Shown here piece after piece: positions 25,801 through 40,800 of a stretch of DNA of 64,000 bases. The translations under genes were made by a program, and so were the position numbers. Within the stretch, counting starts at the first letter, position 1. Each line of letters opens with the position of its first letter. A model generated the notes under the pieces. The model was not told where the DNA came from and searched no databases. It saw only the letters and a program-made list of their open reading frames with translations. This DNA comes from Oopsacas minuta (lineage: Eukaryota > Animalia > Porifera), in assembly GCA_024704765.1 (NCBI GenBank), contig JAKMXF010000188.1, forward strand, positions 553,015 through 617,014, written 5' to 3'.

Positions 25801-28800
25801 ATCTTGTTCAATGATTGCGATCTGGTAGTTGGATATATAACTCTCTGGATCGAAGAAACCTTCCCAATGAACAGCTAGAGTATCATTTCCGGTTATATAA
25901 TAGATCTGAGTTTCAGTTAATTCAGGTCGTACACTAGTAACATTGAATCCTATATTGAATTTGCCCTGAATAGGCGGTGTAGTGTCTATAACTATTGGAT
26001 GGGAGACAGCAGCTGTACACTGGAATGAATTATCAATTGCACGCACATAAGCGTAGTATTTGGTAGCTCCTACTAGATGTAAATTATCCGCAACCACTGA
26101 AGCTTGTAATACAGCTCTAGTGTACTGTCTAACATTGAAGTACTCGTTGAGAGGGTCAGCAGCGTTCTCCACAGTCTCACAAGAAAACTCGGCGAGATTT
26201 CCATCAGTACTGATTGCGTATTCATAGAATGCAATAGGAAGTAATGAGGTGAAATCTTTCCAAGTGATGTCAAGCAGTGTTGTGGCAGATTGGAATGAAG
26301 GGATCTCTACAGAACCTGGTTCAGCAATATTATTGAACTCTATCGGTTGTATTCCATTAGAAGTTGCCTCTGCCTGTTGGAAGGTGCCACTTGTACCTCT
26401 AATTGTGACGTAATAAGAGGTATTTCTTTGCAGTTCAAGTCCTCTTAGCGTTGCAGAAGTGTTCAGATACATATTCTCATACTCCACAACGTTGAATCTG
26501 TCCTCACCTCTCCGCCCCGTCCCTACTGCTATTTCATATTGAATAACCATTTCTGAGAGTCTCTCTGGATCAGTACCTCCAAATGAATTCCAATTGGCAA
26601 TTATGGAAGTCAAGGATGCTTGACTGTCAAAATCATACCCAGGGACAGGACCATCATACACTACTCCTGGAATAAGAGGATCAACTTGAATAGTGATACC
26701 ATTAGACCGAGAAGATCTCACATAACCAATAGAACTGTAAACTGTTACGCTGATATAAACCTTGGTATCTTGTTGCATTGCAAGGTTATCGTTCGAAGAG
26801 TGGCTAGTTTCAACACGTGTAAAGTTCTGAATGGTTGTTTGATTCATATAGAATATTGCCCAGTCATAGTGCACTGCAGGGCAAGGGTCATTGAAATTCC
26901 AATAACCTTCTAGAAAGGTGATACCAGCCTGAGCCTCTAAATCTTGGAATTCAGAGCCGTCATACACGTATCCAGGATCGGGGTATCGTAACGACAGATA
27001 GGTAGGATTGGAATTCGCCGCTTGGATCAGGCCGACTCGATTTGTTCCTCGAATAATTACATATATGACTTTATAACGCGTCAGGTCTAACCCTTCAATA
27101 AAGTACTCGTTCACTAAACCCACGTTGAAGAAGCTCACAATGTTCATTTGTCCTCGCTTTTCCCCAATACCAATCTCATAAAAATCCATAGGAGTCTCGT
27201 GATCAACGAAATCCTCCCATCTAATATGAATATCTGTGACGATAATCTTACACTGAACTCCAGATGATGTTGCATTCTCGTAATTGAATGTAGAGTTAAC
27301 TTCACCAGTAGGAAAGAAGGCAACTTGTGTTTGATCAGTCAATACGAATACAGACTGAGGAATGGGGGGAGAATCATCAATTGTTAAAGGAGCAAACGCA
27401 TGATTACTCAGTCGTACACTGTTAATAACATTCAGTGTGTACACCTGATCACCTACTTCTAGTGGTTTGGTGAAATTCCTGATGGTCACCGTAATGGCAT
27501 TTCTATCCAAGTATTCGTAATAGAAGGTTGTATCTATTTCCTCCTCTCCCAACATTATTTCGTAGCCATTGACCTCACTGTATTCATCAAATGCTCCATA
27601 CCAATTACATACCAATGAACTAGTGGTGGTGACAGCGTACTGGGTGCATGTGAATCGTAATTGGTCAGTATTGGGGATAAGTGTATCTATGGTGATACCA
27701 GGGGCGATAAGGAATGTAGATACACCTGCCTTGTTGAATGCTATGAGATGGAGTATGTTCGGCTCTCCTGTGTTTTCTGGTTCCACATCATTTGAGGCTA
27801 GACTAGTTCCACGAGTAAGTTTTGGCAGCTGTATATTAGCAGTATAGGGATAAGTGCCCACGTGATATTGTATGTTGTTAATACCACTTTGAGGATCTGT
27901 AGCACTCCATCTAGCTACAAGTGTAGATGGGTCGTATTGATATATCTTGTCATCAGATTGAGGATACTTATAAGTTACTCCATCAATTTGCTGTCCTAAC
28001 TCTGTTAGTATCAGATTAGGTTTAGTCCAGTCCACCAGTATTGCTAGAAACAATTACAAGTAATATAATATAATGCAACCTGTCAATAATTGTCCATTCA
28101 ATCGGAGACCACAACTCCTTGGATTATCCCATAAATAGACTACTACATAACACAGATAGGAAAGTAACCGAGCAACGAATATAAAAGAGAGGCTATTCTT
28201 ATAAATCTCATAAAAGTTCAATCAAGCCTCCAAAGTTTGTGACTTGAAAATGTAAAGAATCAGTTAAGACTTCTCAAAAGGTTCTAACGGCCATCCTTCA
28301 TCCTCGTTAAGGCGCATTCAAATCATGACATCATCAACATTCACATAAATGCTCATCAAAAATTGAATTTTTTACTTTTGAAATTCTTGTATATCGATTA
28401 ATTAATGTCTTTTTAGTAGTCTTAACTGATTCCTTACATCTTTCTACCTTGAAAAGTTCAGTTCACAAACTTTGAAGGCTTAATTTAGTTTTTATGAGAT
28501 TTATTCACATGACCATTCTATTTATTCGTTACTTGTCTACTTTCCTATCTGTATGATATAGTATTCTATGTCCTGTAATATCCAAATTTTACTGTACTTG
28601 TATCTACTCGCTAACAGCAATGTACATTTAATTAAGATATTATTGTAACAAAAAATAGATCTCTTAATATATTTTCATTGCTATACTAAATCGTAAAATA
28701 GTGCGAATAGAGCGTTTCATAAATTATGTATATTTGTAGCTCGAGTCTAATGCAATTACAAATTAGCACATTCTAACTCTAATACCAAACATATATGATG

Positions 28801-31800
28801 CAATAAAGCTGTGCAATATGTATTATTGAATTTATTTCAATCCTGTATACTTTTACCGTGGAATTTGTCTAATACCATTCAATAATGTTGAATCGTGTAT
28901 GCTCGCAAAATATCAAGATTCAAGAGAGTATTATTTGTAACTGTAATAGATCTAACCTTGTCCAAAACTATTGATAGTTGCTTGTCCATCTCCAGAGGAA
29001 CATGCTGTTATTGCTCTCACTTCAGTATACGTTAATCTCCCTAAATGCAATGGTACAAGTGCCTGTGACACTCCTGACCCATCTTCTCCCATTACAAGTC
29101 CAGCAGTGGTAAATTCCTGAATTTGATCGCCAGCGAAACTTGTCCCTATAGACCACTCAAAATATTGTATGCCACACAATTCACTAGAAAAACCATCAAA
29201 TTTCAGAGTTATTGTGTCACTTTCTGCTTGGAATCCTCCATCTATTCCGATACCAGAGTGTCCTACAGTCACTACCCCAGCTACATTTGCTCGTAGAACC
29301 TTAATTTTACTGGATACTGTTGGTTCGGAGAGAAGCCCTGCTCCGTTCTTAGCTCGCACTGTCACATAGTAGTAGTTTCCAGTAACTTCGAACAATTGTA
29401 GCTGTACAGGTATACCAACATTGATTGAAGCAGAGTATTCTGTGTAGTCTGATGTGTCAATTCCTTCAGGACTGGTTCCTATTGCTGCTACAAATCCAAT
29501 AATCCCGCTTTGAGAATCGCTTGCTGACCACTGTACTGGAATTTTACCAGAGTTACCAATCTCAACCTAGAAGTACGTAATATTAAAGTTATGCCAGTTA
29601 ACCCGATCTTTACTACAGTTCGGACGGTCAGTTTGCTGCCAGAGACAAATCTCGTAATATGTAGTACTTTTCTTACTTACCGCATTTTCTTGAGGAGTTA
29701 TTTCTTCAGACTCATCACCATATGTACCAATGTGTACAAAATCAATTACAGGTGGTGTATTGTCTGGAATTATCCCGTTTGACGTGTAGATAGTAGAGAG
29801 TTTGGCTCGGTTCACTGGGACAATTCTCACAGTATAGAGTGTACCAATGCTCAACGGAATGTCTCTACCAGTCCAGCAGTTAAGAATACCTGATTCTCCA
29901 ATTTCTTGTGGCTGCAAAGTAATGTAGGGAGCATCCTCTGGATAGAATTTAGAGGTTGAGCCTTGACTCCTGGCATATATTGATAGTTGATATTCTGAAA
30001 TTCCAGATTCCTTGTCCACCATTATCCAAGATGCATGTAGTACTGTAATGGATGTTTGGTATGACTCGTCTATCCCGAAATTAGCACCATCGTAGAGCTG
30101 GACTATCTTAGGTGGTGTTAAGTCGACTAAAACACCTAAAAGCCATAATTCATTAGTTAAATACTAGTACGAATCATATAAACACTGCATCCTCTGAAAA
30201 ATATTAGAAATCCAAAATTTTTTAAAAATCCAGGGAAACAGTTACAAGCGGTTGGTTCGTATTACATAGGGATGATGATAAAGACATTACGTGTATAGAA
30301 AGATCATAACTTCCCTCATAAGAGGGTTGAAATTACTAATCGACCAGGCTACTATTCAAGGAAATATGGTAATATAATATACCTTGACTAGTGACTTCAG
30401 TTAATCTTGTGGCACCATCCTGTCCTGTAACTCTTGTCCTTATGTATTCACCGTGAGAGAAATGAAAGTGTTTGTAGTGGATTTGATGTTCTAAGCCAAC
30501 AGACAATGATTCTTGTGCTATCCTAAACTCAACCTAAATATGTATTGAAATGTTTAAGTCTGTGGAAACATTAGCGCAACTAAGCTCCCGAGTCAGAGTG
30601 GGCAGCCGCCCACCCAAAATGGCTCTATCAAGCCTATGTGTGGAGACATTAGATAAAATCGAGCAGAAATTTCTTTACGGACGAGATTGGTGGTATTTAA
30701 TCCAATTTATATCCTTCTGAAGATAAAAACACGAAAACACAAGTATTCTACGATTCATTTCAGTATACTGATAGTTAACCCTTAGTCGTAAACGACCCGG
30801 GCACCCGAAAATGTTCGGGCGGCCCAGAGGGCTACTCGGAATTAAAATTGAAATTTTTGCTGTATTATATCTAACATTCAACATTGAACAGATTCCAACT
30901 CTTAAACTCAAAATAATGTCTTTTGGTGTCAAATCGCGGCCCGATTTGCTCCGTTTACGCCCATGAGTTAACCCACTAAGATTATAACCTAACATCAAGA
31001 CCGTCGCATGAATCAAAGTGTCATCAATGCGCATCGATAGCTCGAACAGAGGCGCCTACAACATGTTTGCACCCTTACGAAGCGGCATCCAAGTATATAC
31101 CCTGACACACACCCCCAACCACCCCACGACGGCCCTGTTTACAGCATAATAGATACTACTTACATCACTGGGGGGTATAAAATGCTGTCTTGTAGGAACT
31201 ATTGTGTTGGTAGATGTAATCTGACATTCTTGATTTGGTTCAAGATTGGTAGCTGGCAAAAACAGTAATACATTGGCAACGTAAATAGTAACGTTATACT
31301 GAGAAATACCAGACTCCGGATCTGAGAAGTTTCCCCACACTGCTTGCACTAAGGTAGGATTGGAAGTGTAGTGTATAGTGTTGGTAATTTCTAGACCATC
31401 AAGAACATAGCCACCAATTGGATTAGTTAGATCTACAAGGACACCATTGGAAGAAGCAGATGAGTTTTTAGGCTGATGAGTATCAGCATTGAATGCTATT
31501 ATAGTTGAGTAGTACGTGGTGTTATGTTGGAGTGTCAAACCATCTCTACAGATATCATTCTGGTCAGAGGGAAGATCTTCTGTAAAAGCTACAATGTTTG
31601 ACATCCCAGGAGCAGTGCCTACTCCCCAACGATAAGCAGAGACTCCTGATTGAGGATCAAAGAAGTTTTTCCATTTTGCACAAATCTTTGAGGCAGAAGA
31701 TTGGTATTTGAAGTCTGATAATCCGAACCCATCTCCGTCAAGCACGACTCCTGGAATGGGAGGGCTACGATCAACAATGATCGGTTCTGGAGCGTAGGAG

Positions 31801-34800
31801 GCACTTTCGAGATCAACTAAATGTAGAATATAATTACTGTATGCAGTCAACATTCGGTAACTCGAACCTCAGGGGAAGTCAAAATCCATTCGAGTTAACG
31901 GTGCGATAAGTATTAAATATACAACAATGGGGAGTGAATATTCGTTCGAGTTAACGAGCATTCGAGTAACCGGATGTTGATTTAATTAGTACTATACCAT
32001 TATTACCATTATTAGTTGCTTTAATACGAATGAAGGCCCTCTGTCCATCTGCTACATCAATACGATAAGTGATTGTAGCTGTCTGATTGACGAATATTGG
32101 AGTCCAAAGGAGTATAGAAATGTCATTAGGTGTAAGACCTGCTCCCAACTCAATAGCCTTCAAACCTGACTCAACATCCCTCAAGGAGAAGTAAGGTATA
32201 AAATCATGAACATATACTTAGTGTAAATAGAAACGACGAAATAATTTGAACAAATTTAAGGACATTTCACCTCTAGTTGTATGTCACAACTCTTGGCGGT
32301 ATACATGAAATTTTGTAAAAAATAGATACAAATTTGACACTCTACTATGAATCTAATTTTCATTGCCATACAAAATATTGGACAAGTAATCCGAAATAAT
32401 ATTCTTGGTATTCCAATACCTCAAGAGGACAAACAATGATACTCAGCAATCTGCAAGTCCAAGGCTGGAGGATTCAGTTCGGTCCGTCCGGCTATTGCAG
32501 GATCAATTGTCGACACAATAGTTTTTGCTTGACCCGTTGGTAAAGCCAGATAGTTAAGCCTCAATAATATTACACTATTATACTTACCAAGCTTGATACA
32601 CGAAGATAGATAGATTTGTGTTAGAATTGTATGAAATGAGAATGACTCTGCTAATGACTGGCGGAGATGTATCAATAGTATAAGGTGTAGAATGACAGAC
32701 AGTGAGAACACCAGATCCACCAAGTATCACTTTGTTCAGTGCCTGAACTGTCACGTAATATGTCCCGTCATCAAAGTGTTGAAATATTCTACCCTGATTT
32801 ATATCAGAGAGAGGTGTCGTGGAGTGTTCATTGGGATCTCTAGGCGTAATCACATTATCCTCACAAATCTCATAATCCATATACCATGTGTAGGCGTAGA
32901 TACCTATTTAAATACTCGAACTCTTGAAATAAACATTGTACCATACTAGTACAACTTTTATTACATTATTCAACAATTTAAAATTGTCCTGAATTGTTAA
33001 TAACTTTAATGATGGAATGGGTAGCTGGAGTACATTGCGAAAAAAGTTTGATATTTACAAAGTGCTAACTTTTTATAGAAACAGATCCTTGATATATGTA
33101 CAGTCAATGGACAAAAGTATTCGACCACACAAATATATTGTCACAAATTGTATACTCTTTCCCGCTCCTATATATTGTGTAGTCTATATTCGTAGCTGCA
33201 ATCTAGTAATTTGCATAGAATAACATATGTTTTTTTGAGAATTTCAAAAAATATTTTCGATTTACACTTTTTGAAGGTGTTAATTATTAATAATTATTAG
33301 ATAATTATTGATAATCAAAATATATGGTAATTCAAAACCTATTAAGAATCTGTATTTTCTGACTTGATATTTGAATTCTACATAGGCGAGTTACCCTAGA
33401 TTTAAATTTCCAATGGGATTGAACAATTTTTACCAAAGTTATAGAAGAATTTCAATTTGTGCCACCTTTTGCCCAAGGTGGCACAAGTGGTCGTTACCAA
33501 GAGGTTATTTTGTAATTCAAGGGTTAGCATAGTCATATCATTCGAAAATATTACTTTGACTTATTCCTCCTAACCCTAGTTGATTTCCTTATAGTGGCGC
33601 TTTTTCCTGCCGCCTGTGTCACTTTTTTTCAAAAAGTGGCTCAAGTGGCACAAATTGAAATTCTTCTATAACTTTGGTAAAAATTGTTCAATCCCATTGG
33701 AAATTTAAATCTAGGGTAACTCGCCTACGTAGAATTCAAATATCAAGTCAGAAATTACAGATTCTTAATATGGTTGAATTACCACATATTTTGATAATCA
33801 ATAATTATCTAATAATTATTAATAATTAACACCTTCAAAAAGTGTAAATCGAAAATATTTTTTTGAAATTCTCAAAAAAACATATGTTATTCTATGCAAA
33901 TTACTAGATTGCAGCTACGAATATAGACTACACAATATATAGGAGCGGGAAAGAGTATACAATTTATGACAATATATTTGTGTAGTCGAATACTTTTGTC
34001 CATTGACTGTAAGCTGAGAATTTGTAGTAACAATTTTTGACATGTATTTGGCTCACTCTGGGAAATTATCTAAGCATGGACTTTGACAATATTTTGGTAT
34101 ATCTCCGTTAAAATTAACCTGTAATTCTATAACCTTGGTGTATATCTGTAGGGGTTAATTTGGGGGTGCCCCCCCCACCAAATTTTATATGGTGATCAAT
34201 AATCCTGAGCCTCTCAAGTTTGGGGGTGCCCTCCCCCAAATTTTGTAACTTATCATATATTTTGGATCGCCCTCGATATTTGGGGTGCCCCTCCCCAAAT
34301 TAAATATTGTCATTTATTGTTCAGTTTGGTGTTTTTACCATTCTTTTCAATATGGAGAGTTTTCCTTCTATACTATGTATGTGCAACCCACTTTCTTGTT
34401 ATCAATTTGTTATCTTTACTACCAACTCATAAATATGATTTCAAGTGCTAAAAAATTATTGATTTAGAATGCACCATTGTTAAATATTATCACAACAAGA
34501 TCTTTATTAACCACACAACCTTAGAAGTCACATAAATTTACCAGTTAGTTGGAATTCTTATGACAAGAAAGTCTAACTACAGTACACTCTAGTCCAGGGA
34601 CGATGAACATACAAATGTCTCACTTAGTGAATGTGTTCAAAATAATCAAGTACATAAATTCTGTGGAGATTCAATAACACGAATGTATGTGATAACCCAC
34701 TAAGGGTATTTTGTGGATTGATCACCTTTATTGATCACCTTTATACAGATAAAACACTAAACTGAACAATATATCACAATATTTAATTTGGGGAGGGGGC

Positions 34801-37800
34801 CCCCCAAATATCGAGGGTGATCCAAAATATATGATAAGTTACAAAATTTGGGGGAGGGCACCCCAAACTTGAGAGGCCTCAGGATTATAGATCACCATAT
34901 AAAATTTGGTGGGGTGCACCCCCAAATAGAGAGGACCCCTCCAAAATTAAAGATAAAAATTTCCATTTTGGGGGAGGGGGGTACCCCCAAATGAACCCCT
35001 ACATATATCAACTTCTCAAAGACTGATCATACAAGAATATTTTGATATGATTTCTCTGACTCAGACTTGTGAATTTGTAAATTCATTTTCAAATAATTTT
35101 ATTGTCTTATATTTTATTTGACCAAGATTTGATAAAAATTATTCCATTTGAAAAAAATTACATCAAATCCACTACTCTGCTCTAAGTCGATCATAGTGTA
35201 ACATTGATCATTTAGGAGGTATGACATTCGTGTACAGATATATTTGTGCACAAAACGTCGTACTAAGGGGGTACGACATTCGTGAGATAGTGGGCTAAAA
35301 TCCACATAATCAACTATTAATTATAAGCAACATTTTTAACTAATCAGATCAAAATCCCATTCAAGAAATTCATATCACCCGAAATCCCCAATTCTACAAT
35401 CAGGAGGTATTCAGACATCCAAACAACATCTAGAAACAATATTGGCACTAATTCAAGGTAAATAGCTGGTGCAACGTTTATACAGATATATTTGTACACA
35501 AACGTCGCACTAGTTTTGTACACAAATGTCTCTGTATAGAAACGTACCCTCCGAATCCTTGATTACCATATCAAAATATATTATTGGGTGCACGATAAAG
35601 TGGGTACATTCAGGTCTGCGTAATCCGGATTATTTATCATGTCCCGTTTCATATGCTATGTTGTTTATGTTTCGGGGCCAAGTGCGTGTAATCTGGAGTG
35701 CGGCAAATTCGGATAAATTTCCGAGGTCGCAGTAAATCAGGATTACGTGCACTTGACTGTATATATACATGGCATATTGATGAGCGAATTAACTGTTAAG
35801 GGTGTAATTTGTGGAGTTCCAATGCTAATTATCAAAGATAAATAAAATATGGTCACTATTGTAACTCATAAATGTCGAAAGTCCCAAAAATATCATGAAT
35901 TGTTTGTTATTTTATACAAAACATCCTTAGATCTGTAACGAAATATTGGTTCAGCCGGATCGAAAACAACATTTTGTGACAGATCACTTGGCATGATTTT
36001 TGGAATCATTAAGATACAGTAGTAGAAGTTTTGCTGGTGATAATTTGGAAAGCTCAGCACGTATGGTTATAATTGTTTCGAGAGAGGAATTTTGGTGCCC
36101 TTCAAACGGCATTTTAAAACATTATGCTATACGTACCACGAAATTTCTCGTTAACATAAAAGGCAAACTCACCACTTTCTAAATCATGAAATCCATGGAA
36201 TACTATACTCAAGAAAGAATTCTGTCTGGTATACATCTTATCAGTACCTATTACAGGACCATTATACACACATTCAGATCCAGCGCCATCTTGTAAAACA
36301 TGATGATACTTCAGTGGAGTTACATACTGAGGGGGTTCACATCTCTGATTAAATGCAGCTGAACAACCATCATGTCTTGTCTCGTTCATGCTAGCATTCA
36401 CAATCATTCCAGGTTCAGGTGGAGTAAAGTCGATGAGAATTCCTGGTGAGTGGAGGTACCTCTCATACAAGAGCTCATTCATGAGATATATATTTAGAAA
36501 GTACAGTGTGTTGTGTACTAATGGGAGGTTATCATGCTTCAAACTTGCACGATACCCTACTCCCCTCTTCTCATAGTAACTGTATTGAAGATCGTATGCG
36601 AATTCCAGACTAGAATCTCCGCCAATATCATTGAGTAGCTCGCATATATGAGAAACTGGTGCATAGTTGAAGGAGAAGCATTTAGTAGGGAATTGCAGAC
36701 AGTCTGTTGCACATTCCTCGAGCTCTTTACCACTGGAAACTTTGAATGGTATTACACCTAACCGTTTGTTTAACACTGCGATAAAATTCTCAATCGTGCC
36801 ACTCACACTGATGGGAGTATTAGGTTCGAAGTCAAATGAAATGAATCCAACTGTCTGGTCACCAAAAGGACCAAGTCCATAACCAATAGCTTGTAAGTGT
36901 CTCTTTAAGTTTGTATCGTCGATAATAGTAGTCTCTCCAATGAGTATTGACGGGTGACTGGAATATATGTACTCCATGAAATCTACTCGACCAATTGGAA
37001 GAGTAGTATCATAAGTTGGGAGACTACATTCACTGGCGGCAGACACTCCCTGAGAGTTGGAGGCCTTTGCTGTCCAATAGAGAGGAATACTGGATAGTAA
37101 TTGCCTAGCAATTAATACAGTATTGCCATTCATTCTATCATCTCTAACTACGTCATTTCCTCCTGGATATGTACCCACAGAGTAAGTGAGTTCTACTTGA
37201 CTCTTGTCATCTGCTACGTTTATCTGAAGAAAAAATGCTGGGTCTGTGTAGTCTCTTCCTACAATCTGACTCACATCACAAGGTGTCGCTAGGGAGCGCC
37301 GTGATCTCGTCGAGTCGGCAATTGGTGAAAATAGGGGAGGAGAATCATCTTGTTCAGCATTAGTAACATCTAAGAGGTTGATTATGATGGCAGGTGAGCT
37401 CCAACGGAAAACTTCTTTATTAATAAGAGTCTTTGTAATGCTGGAAAATAATATTTTTATTTTAATCCTTAAGAAGAAGCGTATGGAAATGCTTAATGGT
37501 ATGATATTCAAGTCAACACGAATTCTTATTGCTAGAGGAAACTTTTTGAACCCAATTGATGGCTGTATCGGTAGACTCGTATCCAAGATTGTTCCAATTA
37601 GCTTAACACCAGCTTTAGCTACACGAAATGTTACTGAGGCGGTACCAGTCAATACTAAACCTGCTGCTGGCACTGCTTTAGCAGAAGAAACCATGGAAAT
37701 AAAACACAATCTAACGGTTAAATCAACGCCGTAATATCCATCCAGGCTAACCTGAAAACGAAGTGGGACAAATCCGATAAAAATATGCTTATCACGGGAG

Positions 37801-40800
37801 AAGAAATTTTTTGAATTTTGTATTCCAAAAGATCCCATTACACAAACGTCGAAAGTAGTCGGGAAATCAGTCTCTTCACCTGAAATTGTACTCTCACCAC
37901 TAATTATTGAATCCAACAAATCAGTCAGAAACACATTCCTCAGGTCTTGCATAAGTTGGTTGATGTTAGTAGTTGAGGCACCAGCTGATCCTATATCCCC
38001 AAGATCTTTAATGTAGGTAACAAACTCAGAAAGGGTCATATTCCTAAAATCTGGGATATGTATGCCACATGAAGTCACATCACTTGTTTCAATCTCTCTA
38101 GTCTCTCTTTTTCTCTCATTCGAGTTACAATTGAACGGGCTAGGAATCTTGAATACAGCTCTAGCTAGAAGTTCAATATCAAAGAAGCAATGTGAATAAT
38201 CTTCAAAAGTCGTATCTGGAGCACAGAGATAAGCTTTGAAGTTTAGAAAGATACTTAAGTCATCTCGTACTATTTTCACACCCAAATTAAGAGTAGCAAT
38301 GTCTAATAAATCAACTGACTCAATTGGTATGTTCAGCTCTAAACCACCAGAAATTGCAGGAAGATCAATAACTCTCTCAAAGTCTTGAAATTTCAGCATG
38401 ATGGAGGAAGTACATGGATCTAATGTAATTTGGAATGTTACAGAATAGGACAGGAAGTCTAATTTGAGAGCTGCAGCACACTTCAATGTCAAGCAATCGT
38501 CGCTTATTGAGCACCAACGATTCCTTGGGATTGCAGCTTGAATATCAGGACAGAGATCTGTAGGTAACTCTATTAGTCGTGCCAAAAGTTGTTCCTTGTC
38601 TCCCTCAACGGATAACCCTCTAACTTTAAGGGAGTTCTTAATAGAAGTGAGATCGAGTAGGGAAGGATCAATTAGCTGGTCGTTCGAACACTCAAGTGCT
38701 TCCCGAATGTAATCAATTGTATTTTCCAAAGTTGTTATTACCTGATTTATTTCTGGGGAGCCTAAATTCAAAAGAATATCGATGACTGTCCCAACTTTGA
38801 TTGAGTTGACAGAGAAGTCAAATTCATTCCCTCCTCCAGTGACAACCAAACTAAAATCTCCTCCATTCTCAGCTTCATTGGAATACTTTTCACTTTGCTC
38901 TATCGTCAAGAAATCGGCAAGATCGGAATCTATTGGGCGGTTGGATGGTGCTTTCGGTCCATTCGATGATGCTTTTGGTAATAACTTGTTTTTGTCTTCA
39001 GAATTCTGAGAGATTGATTCTTGGTACTTTGGTTTATAAGAGGATTCCTTTCTGGAAGGACGCATTCCATTTGGGATATTCGCTTCAGTGCAAAATGCTC
39101 CGCCCGTACAACTACCGCGTGCTTTCTTTGGCATCATATCAGGTTTTTCAGTCACAACTCCTTGCCGAATAACTGCATCTAGTACAATTAACTTGTATTC
39201 ATTGCATTCTTCCATCCATTTAGGAATTTCTAAGAAGCGTGGTTGCAAAAAAGTAGATGGGTTTGTAGTTTTACCAGATTTCGTCATTACAGTGAAATGG
39301 ATAAAGTTAGGCTGACATTCTGATTCAGTAACAGTACCTATCTTATCCCCACTCTGTACATTGATTCCGGCATAAGTGATAGTTTTCACCAATTCTACAT
39401 TATGTATCATTATAACGTATTTGCTGAAAGAGCCAGATGGGTAAATCAGTACTTGGTTTTCTGGTAATCGCAAGTAAAATCCGCTGGTTGGTGCGACCAA
39501 GCTATTTCCAATTGAAGTTTCAAGTTGTAGGCCGTCCTTATATATATGTACGTTTCCAGAGGTTGTTGGGTAAAACCCACACTCACAATTTGAATCTTCA
39601 CATCCATCATCTCCGCGCACTTTCCGTGGGAAATTTCGATGAAATTTCGGCCCAAAAATCCGTTCAATTAGATCTCTAGCCTTCTCATATGCATCTCTCA
39701 GTGTCTCGTAAGCACTTATTGTAGTCTTGATTAAATTAACGGTAGTTGCATAGGCTCTAACAAAAGGTTCTATAATAGTTAGAAGAGGAGTGAGTGGTTG
39801 TATGAATTCATCAAGGGCGACCCTCAGATCTTCATAGGCTTTCATTCGTAAAATTGTTAGATTGAGTCCTGTGGCTTGTTCAAAGGTCGATGCATTTGTA
39901 ATCTCAGAAAATAATTTTGCTTGCATTACAATTAGCTCTTTAGCCTCAATTGTTGAATTATATATTTCATCCAAGCGGTTCACTAACTCCATCCAACCTC
40001 GTATGTGAGCTCCCTCAAATTTAGCCGATTTTATTAAAACATCTTTACAGTCAATAACAGCATCAATTGCAGTTCTTAACTGAAATACAGATACAATCAC
40101 ATCACGTATTGCAGTGAGTGGATTTCTAAAGAACTCTTTTATCGATTTGCCAATAGTTTCGATCGATTTTTTTACTGTTTCCCCGACCCAAGGCAATGTA
40201 ACCGTTACACAATCAGAAATCTCTTGGTAAAACATCAAAACATCGCTCCTTACATCCTCATACAATGAGTTGACATCATCTATTAATATGAGACCTTTCT
40301 GGATAAACGGTAGTTGTTGTAACTGCTGGAGGATTCTACGTAATGTTGGAGAAACCACGAGATTATCAATGATAAATGGTAATTCAGAAACAGCATCCAC
40401 AAGTGTATCAAATATGTAACTTATATCTACGCCGCCATAAGCGCCTCGAAAACTTTCCACTGCTTGTTTAATTTGTGTTACCACAGCGCCTATTGTTCTA
40501 TCGTAGATGTTCGCTAGATCATTAAATGAGTTAATGCCCAATTCTTGCAGAATATTAAGATTATATGCGATGTACCCCTTAAAGCAAACCCTGGCACGAA
40601 AGATGTCCACTTTAAATCCGATATAGTTAATATTTCCAATGAAGTAAGCTTCATCATGAATATCAACCTCAAATCTTCCAGACAATGGCTTGATATCAAG
40701 CTCCATTACATTACGTATAATGAGTCCCATTGAAACCCCAAAGTCACTACTCCCTAGTTGTTTCCTCCAATTAAAACTTGGAGATTGTAGACGGAACGAT

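Noticed and set aside
30675-31034. 119-aa minus-strand ORF
   Set aside because: Lies in a GC-richer intronic repeat between phase-matched exons 11 and 12; no domain signal.
22918-39679. Plus-strand ORFs overlapping the big minus-strand exons (e.g. 22918-23193, 26620-26913, 27569-27847, 37378-37734, 38782-39315)
   Set aside because: Antisense shadows of real coding sequence with no recognisable motifs.
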